Position numbers and translations under genes: made by a program. The notes under the pieces are model-generated. The model searched no databases. It saw only the letters and a program-made list of their open reading frames with translations, and had not been told where the DNA came from. A stretch of 64,000 nt of DNA from a virus, in the IMG/VR virus record IMGVR_UViG_3300009481_003844. One strand, 5' to 3'. Position 1 is the first letter of the stretch; every line of letters starts with the position of its first letter. This document shows, one piece after another, positions 1 to 8,716 of the stretch.

Positions 1-1
1 T

Positions 2-337
2 GAATTGTATAGGGCAACACATAAGAATCATCCTACTGCAAAATGGGTACGAAGTTCTAAAGAGCATTATGAATGGACATATAAATTATTTGCTCATTTA
101 AGTATGGAGTATACGAAACGGTATGGTAAAACACATAAGTCATGGAAAAATCTTAAACGACATTTATATAAATTACCTCAAAACATTCCAACAAATGGTT
201 GGATCGATCCTCCACAATGTATGCCTGATCATTGTAAAAAAACGAATACAGTAGATGCATATCGTAATTATTACATGTTAGAAAAAAGCAATATAGCAAA
301 GTGGAATTACAGTCAAACACCCAAATGGTACATATGA
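2..337 (+). CDS. Pyrimidine-dimer DNA glycosylase (DenV/endonuclease V-like), 5'-truncated by window edge
   Basis: YRATHKNHP..KWVR, EYTKRYGKTH and PPQCMPD..K...VDAYRNYY motifs typical of this phage family; frame open to position 2. Confidence 0.75.
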   Translation, partial: ELYRATHKNHPTAKWVRSSKEHYEWTYKLFAHLSMEYTKRYGKTHKSWKNLKRHLYKLPQNIPTNGWIDPPQCMPDHCKKTNTVDAYRNYYMLEKSNIAKWNYSQTPKWYI

Positions 338-732
338 CAATTAATCAATTTTTAAAGAAGTATAGAAAAGTTAAACAACTTATTCCAGGCATGACTAGCT
401 CTTATACTCCTCATGTAATATGTAATGATGGCTTCACAATGTCGGTTCAAGCGGGACAATCCTTATACAGTACACCAAAGGATGATGCTAAACGATATAA
501 AGAAGTAGAAGTTGGTTATCCATCTGAACCAGAATTATTGATTAAGAAGTTTGCAGAAGATGATGAAAATCTTTGTGATACTGTTTACGGGTTTGTACCT
601 ACTAAAATTGTGGATACAATTATTAAGAAGCATGGCGGGATAGATGAAAATGCTATTGAGAATAACTATTTAACAGAAGGTAAAACTAAAATTGTTTCAG
701 AAATAGGAAAATTGAGAGAAGGTAAATCATGA
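334..732 (+). CDS. Conserved phage hypothetical protein
   Basis: ORF; ATG at 334 overlaps upstream stop; CNDGFTMSVQA motif. Confidence 0.6.
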   Translation: MTINQFLKKYRKVKQLIPGMTSSYTPHVICNDGFTMSVQAGQSLYSTPKDDAKRYKEVEVGYPSEPELLIKKFAEDDENLCDTVYGFVPTKIVDTIIKKHGGIDENAIENNYLTEGKTKIVSEIGKLREGKS

Positions 733-878
733 TGATGCGAGATTATCCTAGTCAAGAAGTAATTAATAGACTACAAGAACTTATTGATGTACCCGTAATC
801 TTGTATCAAGAATGTATTGAAGAGGGTATGACAGAAGAAGAAGCAATTAAAGAAACGTATAATAGGTTTTTCGAATGA
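729..878 (+). CDS. Small hypothetical protein (49 aa, not in ORF track)
   Basis: ATG overlapping the upstream TGA; MMMRDYPSQEVINRLQELIDVP...; fills the gap exactly. Confidence 0.55.
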   Translation: MMMRDYPSQEVINRLQELIDVPVILYQECIEEGMTEEEAIKETYNRFFE

Positions 879-887
879 GGAGATTTT

Positions 888-1109
888 ATGACATGGTGGG
901 AAAAGAAACATTTAAATCATACAGGATTAAATTATTTTGAACATTTATTTCTTGGAATACATTTAAGTTTTTTAGCGTTAAGCGTTTTCATAATTGGACT
1001 AATACATAGTTTCGTTCCGAATTTTTTACCATTTTTACCAATAGAAATTATAGATAAAATAAAAGCAGAATTTAATTATAACTATCAATCTAAACCTGAC
1101 AATGAGTGA
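888..1109 (+). CDS. Small membrane protein, DUF6356-like
   Basis: HL...G.NYFEHL...hydrophobic...IHS.VP pattern; GAGGAG RBS. Confidence 0.55.
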   Translation: MTWWEKKHLNHTGLNYFEHLFLGIHLSFLALSVFIIGLIHSFVPNFLPFLPIEIIDKIKAEFNYNYQSKPDNE

Positions 1110-1668
1110 AGAAGAAAAAGGTGCTGAAGAGCAATTAACTGCAAGAGGATTTAAAACATTTATGGGAGATGTTTCTCAGGATTCAATGAAACCTATAATA
1201 GATTGGATCATTGCAGAAAATTTAAATAAAGACACAGGAATAACGAAACATAAAGAATTAACTCTTGCTATTTGTAGTAGGGGTGGTGATCTCAATTCTT
1301 GCTTTGCATTAGTAGATGTTATGAAGGGATCTCAGATTCCTATTCGTACAATAGGTATGGGAATGATTGCATCTTGTGGATTGTTGATGTTTATTTCTGG
1401 AGAAAAGGGAAGAAGATTTCTTACTCCTAATACTTCTATTCTTTCTCATCAGTATTCATGGGGTAACTATGGAAAAGAACATGAACTATTTGCAGTAGTA
1501 AAAGAATATGACTTGACTACAGAAAGAATGATTAATCATTATAAAAAATGTACAGGATTGACAGAACAGGAAATTAGAGAACATCTTTTACCTCCACAAG
1601 ATGTTTGGCTTTCTGCTAAAGAAGCAAAGAAGTTAGGACTGTGTGATGAAATTAAGGAAGTATACTGA
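1102..1668 (+). CDS. clpP: ClpP-family serine protease proteolytic subunit
   Basis: ICSRGGD, GMIASCG (catalytic Ser), RFLTPNTSILSHQ (His), DVWLSAKEAKKLGLCD (Asp). Confidence 0.9.
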   Translation: MSEEEKGAEEQLTARGFKTFMGDVSQDSMKPIIDWIIAENLNKDTGITKHKELTLAICSRGGDLNSCFALVDVMKGSQIPIRTIGMGMIASCGLLMFISGEKGRRFLTPNTSILSHQYSWGNYGKEHELFAVVKEYDLTTERMINHYKKCTGLTEQEIREHLLPPQDVWLSAKEAKKLGLCDEIKEVY

Positions 1669-1958
1669 TGTATAAATATAATTTTGAGAATGCTACAGAA
1701 AAAAGAAAAGCAGATAAAGATTTAGGACATGTACTCATGCCCCCTAATGATGGACAAGAGAAACATCCAGAACACTTAAATGAGCATGAGTTGTTACAAG
1801 TAATACAACGAGAATCTTTAAATCAAAATTGGCAAGAAGTTAAAAGATTGATACAAGATTTTCCAGAAGGAAAAAGAAAAGACCTTATAGCAATGTTGAA
1901 GAGTGCTAATGAAGATCCATTGATAGGGAAATCTTTTCCAGATGATATAGAATGGTAG
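1668..1958 (+). CDS. Hypothetical protein
   Basis: 96 aa ORF coupled to neighbours. Confidence 0.55.
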   Translation: MYKYNFENATEKRKADKDLGHVLMPPNDGQEKHPEHLNEHELLQVIQRESLNQNWQEVKRLIQDFPEGKRKDLIAMLKSANEDPLIGKSFPDDIEW

Positions 1959-2488
1959 GAATAGAAGATAATTTCCTTGAAGAAGATGAATGTGAAAATT
2001 TAATTAGAATATTTGATGATTGGTCTATTAGATCAACAAAGCATAGAGATATTCATTTTTTACATTTATATAATATTGAAATGGATTTATCTGATGAACG
2101 ATTTTGTAATAAAATATGTGAAAGAATAAACAAAAGAATTAATCAAATAACAAATAAAAAATATTTTATGGAAGCGGTAAATTTATCATTTTGGCCAGAA
2201 AATTCTAAACAAAATTTTCATATTGATAAAGCAAGAATGCAAACCGACTATACATCAATAACATATTTAAATCAAAATTTCCAAGGAGGAAAAACTTTAG
2301 TTTTTGAAGATGCAAATCACATGATGACTTGTACTCCAAAGACTGGTAGAACATTATGTTTTGATGGTAAAAAACATTATCATGGGGTTACACCAATAGA
2401 AAGTCAGAACAGATATACTTTAAATATTTGGTATTCTCTGGATAGTTACTTTCAAGAAAATAAAATATGGAACAAAAAGTTAAAGTAG
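1952..2488 (+). CDS. Fe(II)/2-oxoglutarate oxygenase (prolyl-4-hydroxylase-like)
   Basis: HID facial motif, YLNQNFQGGKT, HGVTPI, RYTLNIW. Confidence 0.85.
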   Translation: MVGIEDNFLEEDECENLIRIFDDWSIRSTKHRDIHFLHLYNIEMDLSDERFCNKICERINKRINQITNKKYFMEAVNLSFWPENSKQNFHIDKARMQTDYTSITYLNQNFQGGKTLVFEDANHMMTCTPKTGRTLCFDGKKHYHGVTPIESQNRYTLNIWYSLDSYFQENKIWNKKLK

Positions 2489-2652
2489 TAGAACTTACAT
2501 TAGAAGATGGTTCTAAAAGGATATGTCGTGGAGGCGAAGAAGCAGTACTTAGACAATGGGAGATTTATCCCGTAGTTTCTGCCCGATGGACGGGAGAAGA
2601 AGATGTGATATTATATGCTGAAGGTATGACAGAGGAATTATATGAAGATTGA
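2467..2652 (+). CDS. Hypothetical protein
   Basis: 61 aa ORF overlapping both neighbours. Confidence 0.5.
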   Translation: MEQKVKVVELTLEDGSKRICRGGEEAVLRQWEIYPVVSARWTGEEDVILYAEGMTEELYED

Positions 2653-3025
2653 TCTGTTTCAAAAGGTAGACTTTAAATCTCATTCTGGATTAGACTTGAC
2701 ATGGAAGATTGAAATGGATGCTCTTACACCTAAAGAATGGGATTGTATATCAACTATGATAATAGAACTTTCTGTACCTTTTAAAGAAGCAATTGGAATT
2801 CCTAGAGGAGGAAATGTATTAGGTAAATTATTGAATAGACATGGCACGGGAAAAAGAGAAGATCCTATTTGTATTGTTGATGATGTTCTTACTACAGGAG
2901 GATCGATGAATGATTTTAAAGCAAAAAGACAATGGAGAAATCCTAGTGATTATATTGGATGGGTTGTATTCGCAAGAACAAAATGTCCAGATTGGGTTAC
3001 TGCATTATTTCAAATGCCTTATTAA
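2642..3025 (+). CDS. Type I phosphoribosyltransferase (orotate/purine PRTase-like, short phage form)
   Basis: GIPRGG and PRPP-binding loop CIVDDVLTTGGS. Confidence 0.85.
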   Translation: MKIDLFQKVDFKSHSGLDLTWKIEMDALTPKEWDCISTMIIELSVPFKEAIGIPRGGNVLGKLLNRHGTGKREDPICIVDDVLTTGGSMNDFKAKRQWRNPSDYIGWVVFARTKCPDWVTALFQMPY

Positions 3026-3047
3026 ACCATATAATAAAAAATTGATT

Positions 3048-3266
3048 ATGATTAGTGATAAAGAAATTTGGTGGAATCCAGAACATCCAACTTATACTGC
3101 CCATGAAGGACGCCCTAGCTGTACAATTTGTGGTAAACCTGCTGACATGAATAATAAGTATTCTTCTGGACAAATAAAATGGCGGGACATGTGTTATGAT
3201 TGTCATGATCATAGAACAGATAAAGATTATCTTGCAACCAAGTATGTTGGAACAACATTATACTGA
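3048..3266 (+). CDS. Small zinc-finger protein
   Basis: CTIC...CYDC; ATG at 3048 preferred over the 2910 start. Confidence 0.5.
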   Translation: MISDKEIWWNPEHPTYTAHEGRPSCTICGKPADMNNKYSSGQIKWRDMCYDCHDHRTDKDYLATKYVGTTLY

Positions 3267-3398
3267 TGTTAAAATTAACGTATCAAATATATGGATATCC
3301 ACAGCATTATTTTACAGCATATTTTAAACGTATGGTGGAATTGATTGATTATATTGAGATTCGAAAAAGAGTTGAAAATTATAAAGTGGAGTATGTAG

Positions 3399-3701
3399 AT
3401 GGACAGTAACGTAGAAAAAGTATGTAAGGCATTAAAAAAGAGAGAAGAAAAAGGTATGAAAACCTATGGTGTAAGCACCGATAGAACAGACCTTAGTACA
3501 CAGGAATGGTTGCAACATCTTCAAGAAGAACTGATGGATGCCTGTGTATACATAGAAAAATTAAAAAACGATACTTTATTTAGTGGTACTGATGAAGGAA
3601 ATTATGAATATATGCCACGTATTCCTACCAAGCAAAGAACAGTTTCAATAGAAGATTTTCAAAATGAATTACATGGTCCAGGACCAGACGAGGAAAAATG
3701 A
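3399..3701 (+). CDS. Putative all-alpha NTP pyrophosphatase (MazG-like) phage protein
   Basis: G.KTYG....R.DLS..EWLQHLQEELMDA.VY with EExxD acidic motif. Confidence 0.45.
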   Translation: MDSNVEKVCKALKKREEKGMKTYGVSTDRTDLSTQEWLQHLQEELMDACVYIEKLKNDTLFSGTDEGNYEYMPRIPTKQRTVSIEDFQNELHGPGPDEEK

Positions 3702-3889
3702 CAGGCGTTACGCCAGCAGAATTCCTTGCAATAATTCCTAAGAAAGATGAAGAAGATCATGAATGGGATAAGAAAGAAATGCAAAAAGCATTTAGTAAAT
3801 TAAAAGAAATTGATCTTAATCCTAAAGTGGATTTAGAACAAGCTATCAAAAATGTTGACAAATTAAAGAAAAAGAGTTATAATGGATAA
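3698..3889 (+). CDS. Hypothetical protein
   Basis: 63 aa ORF, ATGA overlap. Confidence 0.5.
   Translation: MTGVTPAEFLAIIPKKDEEDHEWDKKEMQKAFSKLKEIDLNPKVDLEQAIKNVDKLKKKSYNG
3855..3883 (+). promoter_or_regulatory. Perfect sigma70 consensus promoter
   Basis: TTGACA (3855-3860), 17 nt spacer, TATAAT (3878-3883). Confidence 0.7.
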
Positions 3890-4040
3890 AGCAGTAAAGA
3901 CATATATTACAGTACTCAAAGCTGAAGTACAGCATTTGAAATCTAAACTTGAACCTCACGATATGGGACATATCCATACCACAATTACTACTTTACAGCA
4001 TCGTATAAAAGAATTAGAATCACAAAATGAATCCCGATAA
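3882..4040 (+). CDS. Small hypothetical protein (52 aa)
   Basis: MDKAVKTYITVLKAEVQHLKSKL...; read manually. Confidence 0.5.
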   Translation: MDKAVKTYITVLKAEVQHLKSKLEPHDMGHIHTTITTLQHRIKELESQNESR

Positions 4041-4048
4041 AGGACATT

Positions 4049-4228
4049 ATGAAGACAGAGACTAAATTAGGCAAAGCATTTCTTAAAGTTAAACCTGTCA
4101 CAAAGATTTATAAAAGGACAGACCTAAATAAAGAAGATAGACGTAAGTTTATAAAAAAAGTTTATCTTTCATGGAAAGCTAAACGTGAACAAGATTTAAT
4201 GAAGAATAAAGTTGACCTCACTATATAA
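4049..4228 (+). CDS. Small basic hypothetical protein (59 aa)
   Basis: AGGA RBS, MKTETKLGKAFLKVKP... Confidence 0.5.
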   Translation: MKTETKLGKAFLKVKPVTKIYKRTDLNKEDRRKFIKKVYLSWKAKREQDLMKNKVDLTI

Positions 4229-4236
4229 AACCCAAA

Positions 4237-4950
4237 ATGGCTGATTTTACTTTTGCACATAGAGAAGAAGGATTTGATGAACATATCAATAGATCCGTTA
4301 GAGGATATACGGATTTACTAACAGATGTTGTTTCTCTTTCTAGATATTTTGTTGAAGATGAAACAACTGTATTAGATATTGGATGTTCTACAGGAAAAGT
4401 AACAGAAGCAATGTTAAGACACAATTCAGATCATTGTAAAAATGCAAAATGGGTTGGTGTCGAATTTGCGGATGGATTTAAAAAAGATTTAGTTAAGAGA
4501 GAATCATCATTAAAAAAAGAAGGACATAATGTAGAATTTCAACATTTAGATATTAAGAAATTTAGAGGTTGGGAAAATATAAGTCTTATTACATCGATTT
4601 TTACTTTACAGTTTATGTCGAAAAAAGATAGAATGGAAGTATTAAGAAACATATATAGTGGATTAAACGAAGGTGGAGCTTTTATATTTGCAGAAAAAAC
4701 AATATGTCAATCTGCATTAGTACAAGACATGATTACTTTTAATTATTATGATTATAAAAGAACTGTGGGTAAGTTTGCTACAGAAGATATTATGGACAAA
4801 GAACGTACATTGAGACATATGATGAAACCTCTTACATGGGAACAAGTTGAACATCAGGTATCGTATGCGGGATTTAGTACAGTACAACCTTTTTGGAGAA
4901 ATCATGCATTTGTGGGAGCAATTGCAATTAAAGAATATGGAAGAACATAA
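4237..4950 (+). CDS. CmoA-like class I SAM-dependent methyltransferase
   Basis: FDEHINRSVRGY, VLDIGCSTG, FTLQF, L.EGGAFIFAEK match the CmoA architecture. Confidence 0.8.
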   Translation: MADFTFAHREEGFDEHINRSVRGYTDLLTDVVSLSRYFVEDETTVLDIGCSTGKVTEAMLRHNSDHCKNAKWVGVEFADGFKKDLVKRESSLKKEGHNVEFQHLDIKKFRGWENISLITSIFTLQFMSKKDRMEVLRNIYSGLNEGGAFIFAEKTICQSALVQDMITFNYYDYKRTVGKFATEDIMDKERTLRHMMKPLTWEQVEHQVSYAGFSTVQPFWRNHAFVGAIAIKEYGRT

Positions 4951-5092
4951 AGAATCTTTTGGAGAATATTTTGATGCTCAATATGATAGATTGAGAAAAC
5001 TGTTGGACAATAAGGATGCTCAACAATATGTCCAATGGATGGAAGATTATGAAAGGAGAAAAGATAAAAAAAATTCCAAGGTAGTTGGGTAA
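4937..5092 (+). CDS. Small hypothetical protein
   Basis: ATG at 4937 preferred (MEEHKESFGEYFD...). Confidence 0.45.
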   Translation: MEEHKESFGEYFDAQYDRLRKLLDNKDAQQYVQWMEDYERRKDKKNSKVVG

Positions 5093-5242
5093 ATGACTCT
5101 AAAGCCAGGTGGAAGCTGAGGGACGTACTCAGACCTGAATGTGAGTAAGAGACCTAGCTAGATGAATAGTAAGATGGTCTATCAAAGAAAGCCGCCACGT
5201 ACGGATGATGATAGAATAGTCTAGCCCCTGCCCAACTACTTT
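5078..5242 (+). ncRNA. Candidate structured ncRNA (~165 nt), family unknown
   Basis: GC-rich intergenic block closed by GTAGTTGGG/CCCAACTAC, with internal stems CTGAG/CTCAG, GCTAGA/TCTAGC, CTATCA/TGATAG; followed by a T run. Confidence 0.6.
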
Positions 5243-5266
5243 TTTCAAATTAAAAAGAAAGGTAAA

Positions 5267-5497
5267 ATGCCAAAAATTAAACAAGGTGGAGAAACACTTG
5301 AAGCCCGAAGTAAAACTTTTGAAGAATTTTGTGAATTTTTTAATCATTCAATTACTGAAAAAGATTTAGATAAGTGGGGAGAAGTTGCTTTTAAAATAAG
5401 AAGGGGAAAAGAAATGGATATTGCTCCTTTACCTGGAGTCTTGGAAGTTGAAATGATATATGGTAACAATATTATGAGAACTAGAATGCAAAGATAA
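5267..5497 (+). CDS. Hypothetical protein
   Basis: ORF with AAAGG RBS. Confidence 0.55.
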   Translation: MPKIKQGGETLEARSKTFEEFCEFFNHSITEKDLDKWGEVAFKIRRGKEMDIAPLPGVLEVEMIYGNNIMRTRMQR

Positions 5498-6072
5498 TGT
5501 TTAATCCGACCAATCCTAATCATAAGGAAGTTATAAAAGAAATTTTATATAAAAACATGTCTTATGACAATAGTATTGAAAAGATTTTAGAATTTGAACT
5601 GGCTCATAGATTTGGATCTAAACTCCCTCCTGATTCGCAAAAATGTATAAATGTAACACCAGATTCTAAATTAACAACTGATTGCAAATATCAATATTCA
5701 GGTCCTTTTTTAGACTTTGATTCAATAAATTGGAAAAACATTATAGTACTAGATATAAAATCTAGAGCATTTAACTTTCCATTCTTGGCACAAAAAGTAT
5801 TAGATAAGGTTATACATAATTCAAACAAAAGAATTTTTATTCATTTATGTCTTGGTGAAAAGACACCAATTCAAAAAATATTTGATTATTTTAATCAAAT
5901 AAAGCCACCAAATTTAAAATCAATTTATCTTGAATATCTTATTGTAGATGGAAAAATAGAATATAAAGAATCTTTATTAAATGGAGATATGAAAACTGAT
6001 ATTTTTTCTGATGTTGAAATTTGGACAGAATCTTTGGATGAAACAAAGTGTATACATGAAAAATTAATATGA
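5497..6072 (+). CDS. Hypothetical protein
   Basis: 191 aa ORF, TAATG coupling. Confidence 0.6.
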   Translation: MFNPTNPNHKEVIKEILYKNMSYDNSIEKILEFELAHRFGSKLPPDSQKCINVTPDSKLTTDCKYQYSGPFLDFDSINWKNIIVLDIKSRAFNFPFLAQKVLDKVIHNSNKRIFIHLCLGEKTPIQKIFDYFNQIKPPNLKSIYLEYLIVDGKIEYKESLLNGDMKTDIFSDVEIWTESLDETKCIHEKLI

Positions 6073-6584
6073 CGATAGAAAAATTAAAACACTATGTTGA
6101 TATTGATAGAATATATACTGAAATCGATCTCTTTGTTCTTAGTGATGATAAGTTTAAAGATCAATTAAATGATACATATCTTTCTCTTCAAATATGTTTA
6201 CAAGGTACCGATGAAGACATGGATCCTTATTTTGGAAGTAGACGAATGCATCCAAATTTTTCAGAAGAAGATTTTAATGTATTTCTCTTTCCTGAATTGG
6301 ATTATACGAATGCTATAATATATGATTTGAAAATGGTTAGGACTCGTATCATGATAATGAAACCTAAAACTTGTTTATCAGTACACGAGGATCCAGCAAA
6401 ACGTATTCATATACCAATAGAGACAAATGAAAATTGTTTTCTTATGATAAATCAGTATGCACATCATTTGTTTGCTGATGGATCTGCATATCTTTGTGAT
6501 ACTACTCAACCTCATACTGCAATTAATGCGGGACTTGATATCAATCGTATGCATTTAGTTGGTATAAATCCAGAAATGTCTTGA
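6069..6584 (+). CDS. Aspartyl/asparaginyl beta-hydroxylase-like Fe(II)/2OG oxygenase
   Basis: RIMIMKP..CLSVHED..KRIHIPI.TN, DT.QPHTAIN, R.HLV. Confidence 0.8.
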   Translation: MTIEKLKHYVDIDRIYTEIDLFVLSDDKFKDQLNDTYLSLQICLQGTDEDMDPYFGSRRMHPNFSEEDFNVFLFPELDYTNAIIYDLKMVRTRIMIMKPKTCLSVHEDPAKRIHIPIETNENCFLMINQYAHHLFADGSAYLCDTTQPHTAINAGLDINRMHLVGINPEMS

Positions 6585-6609
6585 CACTTCTTTTCAAATT
6601 AGAGATAAT
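6581..6609 (+). promoter_or_regulatory. Phage early sigma70-type promoter
   Basis: TTGACA-17-GATAAT with the same GAGATAAT -10 as the repeated cassettes. Confidence 0.65.
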
Positions 6610-6731
6610 GGATGTAGAAAAGGAGAAAATATGACTTTGAGTGAACTAAAAAAATATGATGCAGTTTTAAGAATGTCCCGTTACTCTACTAAGAGGAAGG
6701 GGAATGAAAGGAAACGCATATCTAAAATGGC

Positions 6732-6962
6732 ATGTCGTGGAAAGATTCGTATATGATTTGTACTAATTGTGGAATTGTTATAAACAAAGGAATTGATATA
6801 AGTCATCTTTGGAATAATCCTGAAGATTCTGTATATGCATGTTCTGAAAGATGTGCCGAAGAGGCTCCTAAAAATTGGTTGTCAGATAATCCGACAACTC
6901 TTTATAAAAATAAATTCAAACAAAAAGGAAACTACAAAAGCCCTAATTTTGAGAAAGGATAA
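6732..6962 (+). CDS. Small zinc-binding protein
   Basis: CTNC...CSERC. Confidence 0.5.
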   Translation: MSWKDSYMICTNCGIVINKGIDISHLWNNPEDSVYACSERCAEEAPKNWLSDNPTTLYKNKFKQKGNYKSPNFEKG

Positions 6963-6963
6963 A

Positions 6964-7134
6964 ATGGGAACAGAAAAAAAGAAATTTAATGATCATATGA
7001 TTAAAGAAACTGAGAAAATTCCTCAACATGTCTTAGATGATATTCGTGGAGATGAGATTAGAATGTATAGAAAAGAACAGGCTCAAAGAGACATGTATAA
7101 CGATCCCGATTTAAATTGGAGTGGTTTGAGATAA
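6964..7134 (+). CDS. Hypothetical protein
   Basis: AAGGA RBS, ATG at 6964. Confidence 0.5.
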   Translation: MGTEKKKFNDHMIKETEKIPQHVLDDIRGDEIRMYRKEQAQRDMYNDPDLNWSGLR

Positions 7135-7418
7135 TGGATCAATATTTAGGACCTCTCAAACATCGTGGAAGGTTCTTTTTGAAACTTAAAAAACGATTAA
7201 ATTTTCCTGCATTCACGATTCATGTATTAGTGAATAGACACGGAAATGAAGCTACTTTTTATAACATAAAGAATGAAAATAACGTTGTTATTGATGAAGG
7301 CGATTGTATTGCAGTAACCGCAACGGTTGCTAAACATAAAAAATACAAAGGAGAGCCTCAAACCTACCTTAATAGAGTTGTTTTGCTTGAAAATAAAGGA
7401 AAACTCTCTGCAGAATGA
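7134..7418 (+). CDS. Hypothetical protein, possible OB-fold
   Basis: EGD.I.VTATV.KH..YKGE.QT.LNRV pattern. Confidence 0.5.
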   Translation: MDQYLGPLKHRGRFFLKLKKRLNFPAFTIHVLVNRHGNEATFYNIKNENNVVIDEGDCIAVTATVAKHKKYKGEPQTYLNRVVLLENKGKLSAE

Positions 7419-7422
7419 TATT

Positions 7423-7496
7423 GCGAGTGTCGTATAATGGCAATACCTGAGATTTCCAATCTTATAATGCGGGTTCGATTCCTGTCACTCGCTCCA
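7423..7496 (+). tRNA. tRNA-Gly (TCC)
   Basis: Cloverleaf GCGAGTG/CACTCGC, anticodon loop TT-TCC-AA, TTCGATT T-loop, encoded CCA. Confidence 0.95.
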
Positions 7497-7507
7497 ATTT
7501 CCCTCCA

Positions 7508-7600
7508 AAATAACCAATTTTTATCTTGACACTCCATCTCGTTTTTGAGATAATATACATGAAGGTCGGGAAGTCCTCCTGACTATAACCCCCCATAGAG
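7508..7600 (+). repeat. Early promoter + hairpin leader cassette, copy 1
   Basis: AACCAATTTTTATC-TTGACA(7526)-17-GATAAT(7549); hairpin GTCGGGA/TCCTGAC; AACCCCC tail. Confidence 0.85.
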
Positions 7601-7607
7601 AATTAAA

Positions 7608-7775
7608 ATGTTTAAATTGACTGTGTTCTATGAAGGATTTGATGGAACTTTGTCATCTTCGGAATTTATCTTTCCTTATGATGGTGAAGACGAAGTTAAA
7701 GATATCATTAGACATTATAAAACTGGTGGTAGAATTGTAATAACTGAACCTGTATCTGAATTACTGGGAGTTTAA
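7608..7775 (+). CDS. Small hypothetical early protein (55 aa)
   Basis: First ATG after cassette 1; MFKLTVFYEGFDGTLSS... Confidence 0.55.
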   Translation: MFKLTVFYEGFDGTLSSSEFIFPYDGEDEVKDIIRHYKTGGRIVITEPVSELLGV

Positions 7776-7777
7776 TT

Positions 7778-8146
7778 ATGAGTGAAATAATAAAAGAAGC
7801 AATGACCGATAAGATGGATGATCTGCTTGATCATATGAGAGAAAATTATGTCAAATGGTCAAGATCAGGACCAGATGGATCAACTGATATAAAAACTGAA
7901 ATGGAAGAAGAGTATGCTGATGGTCTTGTTTACGAATATGGTTCTAAATACATAAAAGTAATAAGCGGAAAGAGAAATCAAAATTCTGTTTGTCTTTTTG
8001 TTGTGAATACTGATCGTGATAAAAAATTTCGTTTTGGAGACATTTTGAAGCCTGCTGGTTGGGCCGCTCCTGCTAGAAATTTTGCTAGAGGAAATGTTTT
8101 CGAAGAAGATGGTTTTAACAGAGTACAATGGACAGGAGCCTACTAA
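7778..8146 (+). CDS. Conserved phage hypothetical protein
   Basis: G.KYIKV...SV..FV...GDILKPA.W.APARN.ARGNV motif. Confidence 0.65.
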   Translation: MSEIIKEAMTDKMDDLLDHMRENYVKWSRSGPDGSTDIKTEMEEEYADGLVYEYGSKYIKVISGKRNQNSVCLFVVNTDRDKKFRFGDILKPAGWAAPARNFARGNVFEEDGFNRVQWTGAY

Positions 8147-8716
8147 ATGAAAGTTAATCTTCATTGCAGAAATTTTGATCAAGGTGTTAAGGATGCAATT
8201 TATGGTATGGTTGGTTACGGCCTAGCTAAATTGCTTCCTGATCGTGAGAGACTTTTAAATAATGTTGAAATAGATGTACATATGAGGCGCCATGATGATG
8301 GTGGCGAAGCAAGAATTAAACCTGGTACTAATACCTATAGACCAAGAAAGTTTCAAATCATTCTCGACCATCGTAAAATGAATGAAGATGAATATGGTCG
8401 TAGAAGAGGAGATGATGAATGGGTTCATCAGATACTTGAAACTTTGGCTCATGAATTAGTACATATTAAACAATATCTTCTTGGAGAATTAACCTGGAAA
8501 CACGGTAAATTACTTTGGAAAAATCAACATTATATTACAGATGATTTAACAGAATATTTCGAACTACCATATGAAATAGAAGCACATGGTAGACAACGTG
8601 GTTTGTTTTTAGCATTCATTTCAGTTTGGGATGATTTTGTTAAAGACTTAGAAAAAATAGCTAAAGGGGAGACTGAGCAAGTGGCGAGCCCAACTGACTG
8701 TAAATCAGCCGTCTAA
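8147..8716 (+). CDS. Zincin-like metallopeptidase
   Basis: TLAHELVHIKQY (HExxH) and downstream PYEIEAH (third ligand Glu). Confidence 0.75.
   Translation: MKVNLHCRNFDQGVKDAIYGMVGYGLAKLLPDRERLLNNVEIDVHMRRHDDGGEARIKPGTNTYRPRKFQIILDHRKMNEDEYGRRRGDDEWVHQILETLAHELVHIKQYLLGELTWKHGKLLWKNQHYITDDLTEYFELPYEIEAHGRQRGLFLAFISVWDDFVKDLEKIAKGETEQVASPTDCKSAV

Noticed and set aside
5078-5242. RNase P RNA or group I intron identity (CTAGATGAAT, AGAGAC/ATAGTC look-alikes)
   Set aside because: It lacks GAGGAAAGUCC and the P4 partner of RNase P; it is too short for a group I core and does not interrupt a gene
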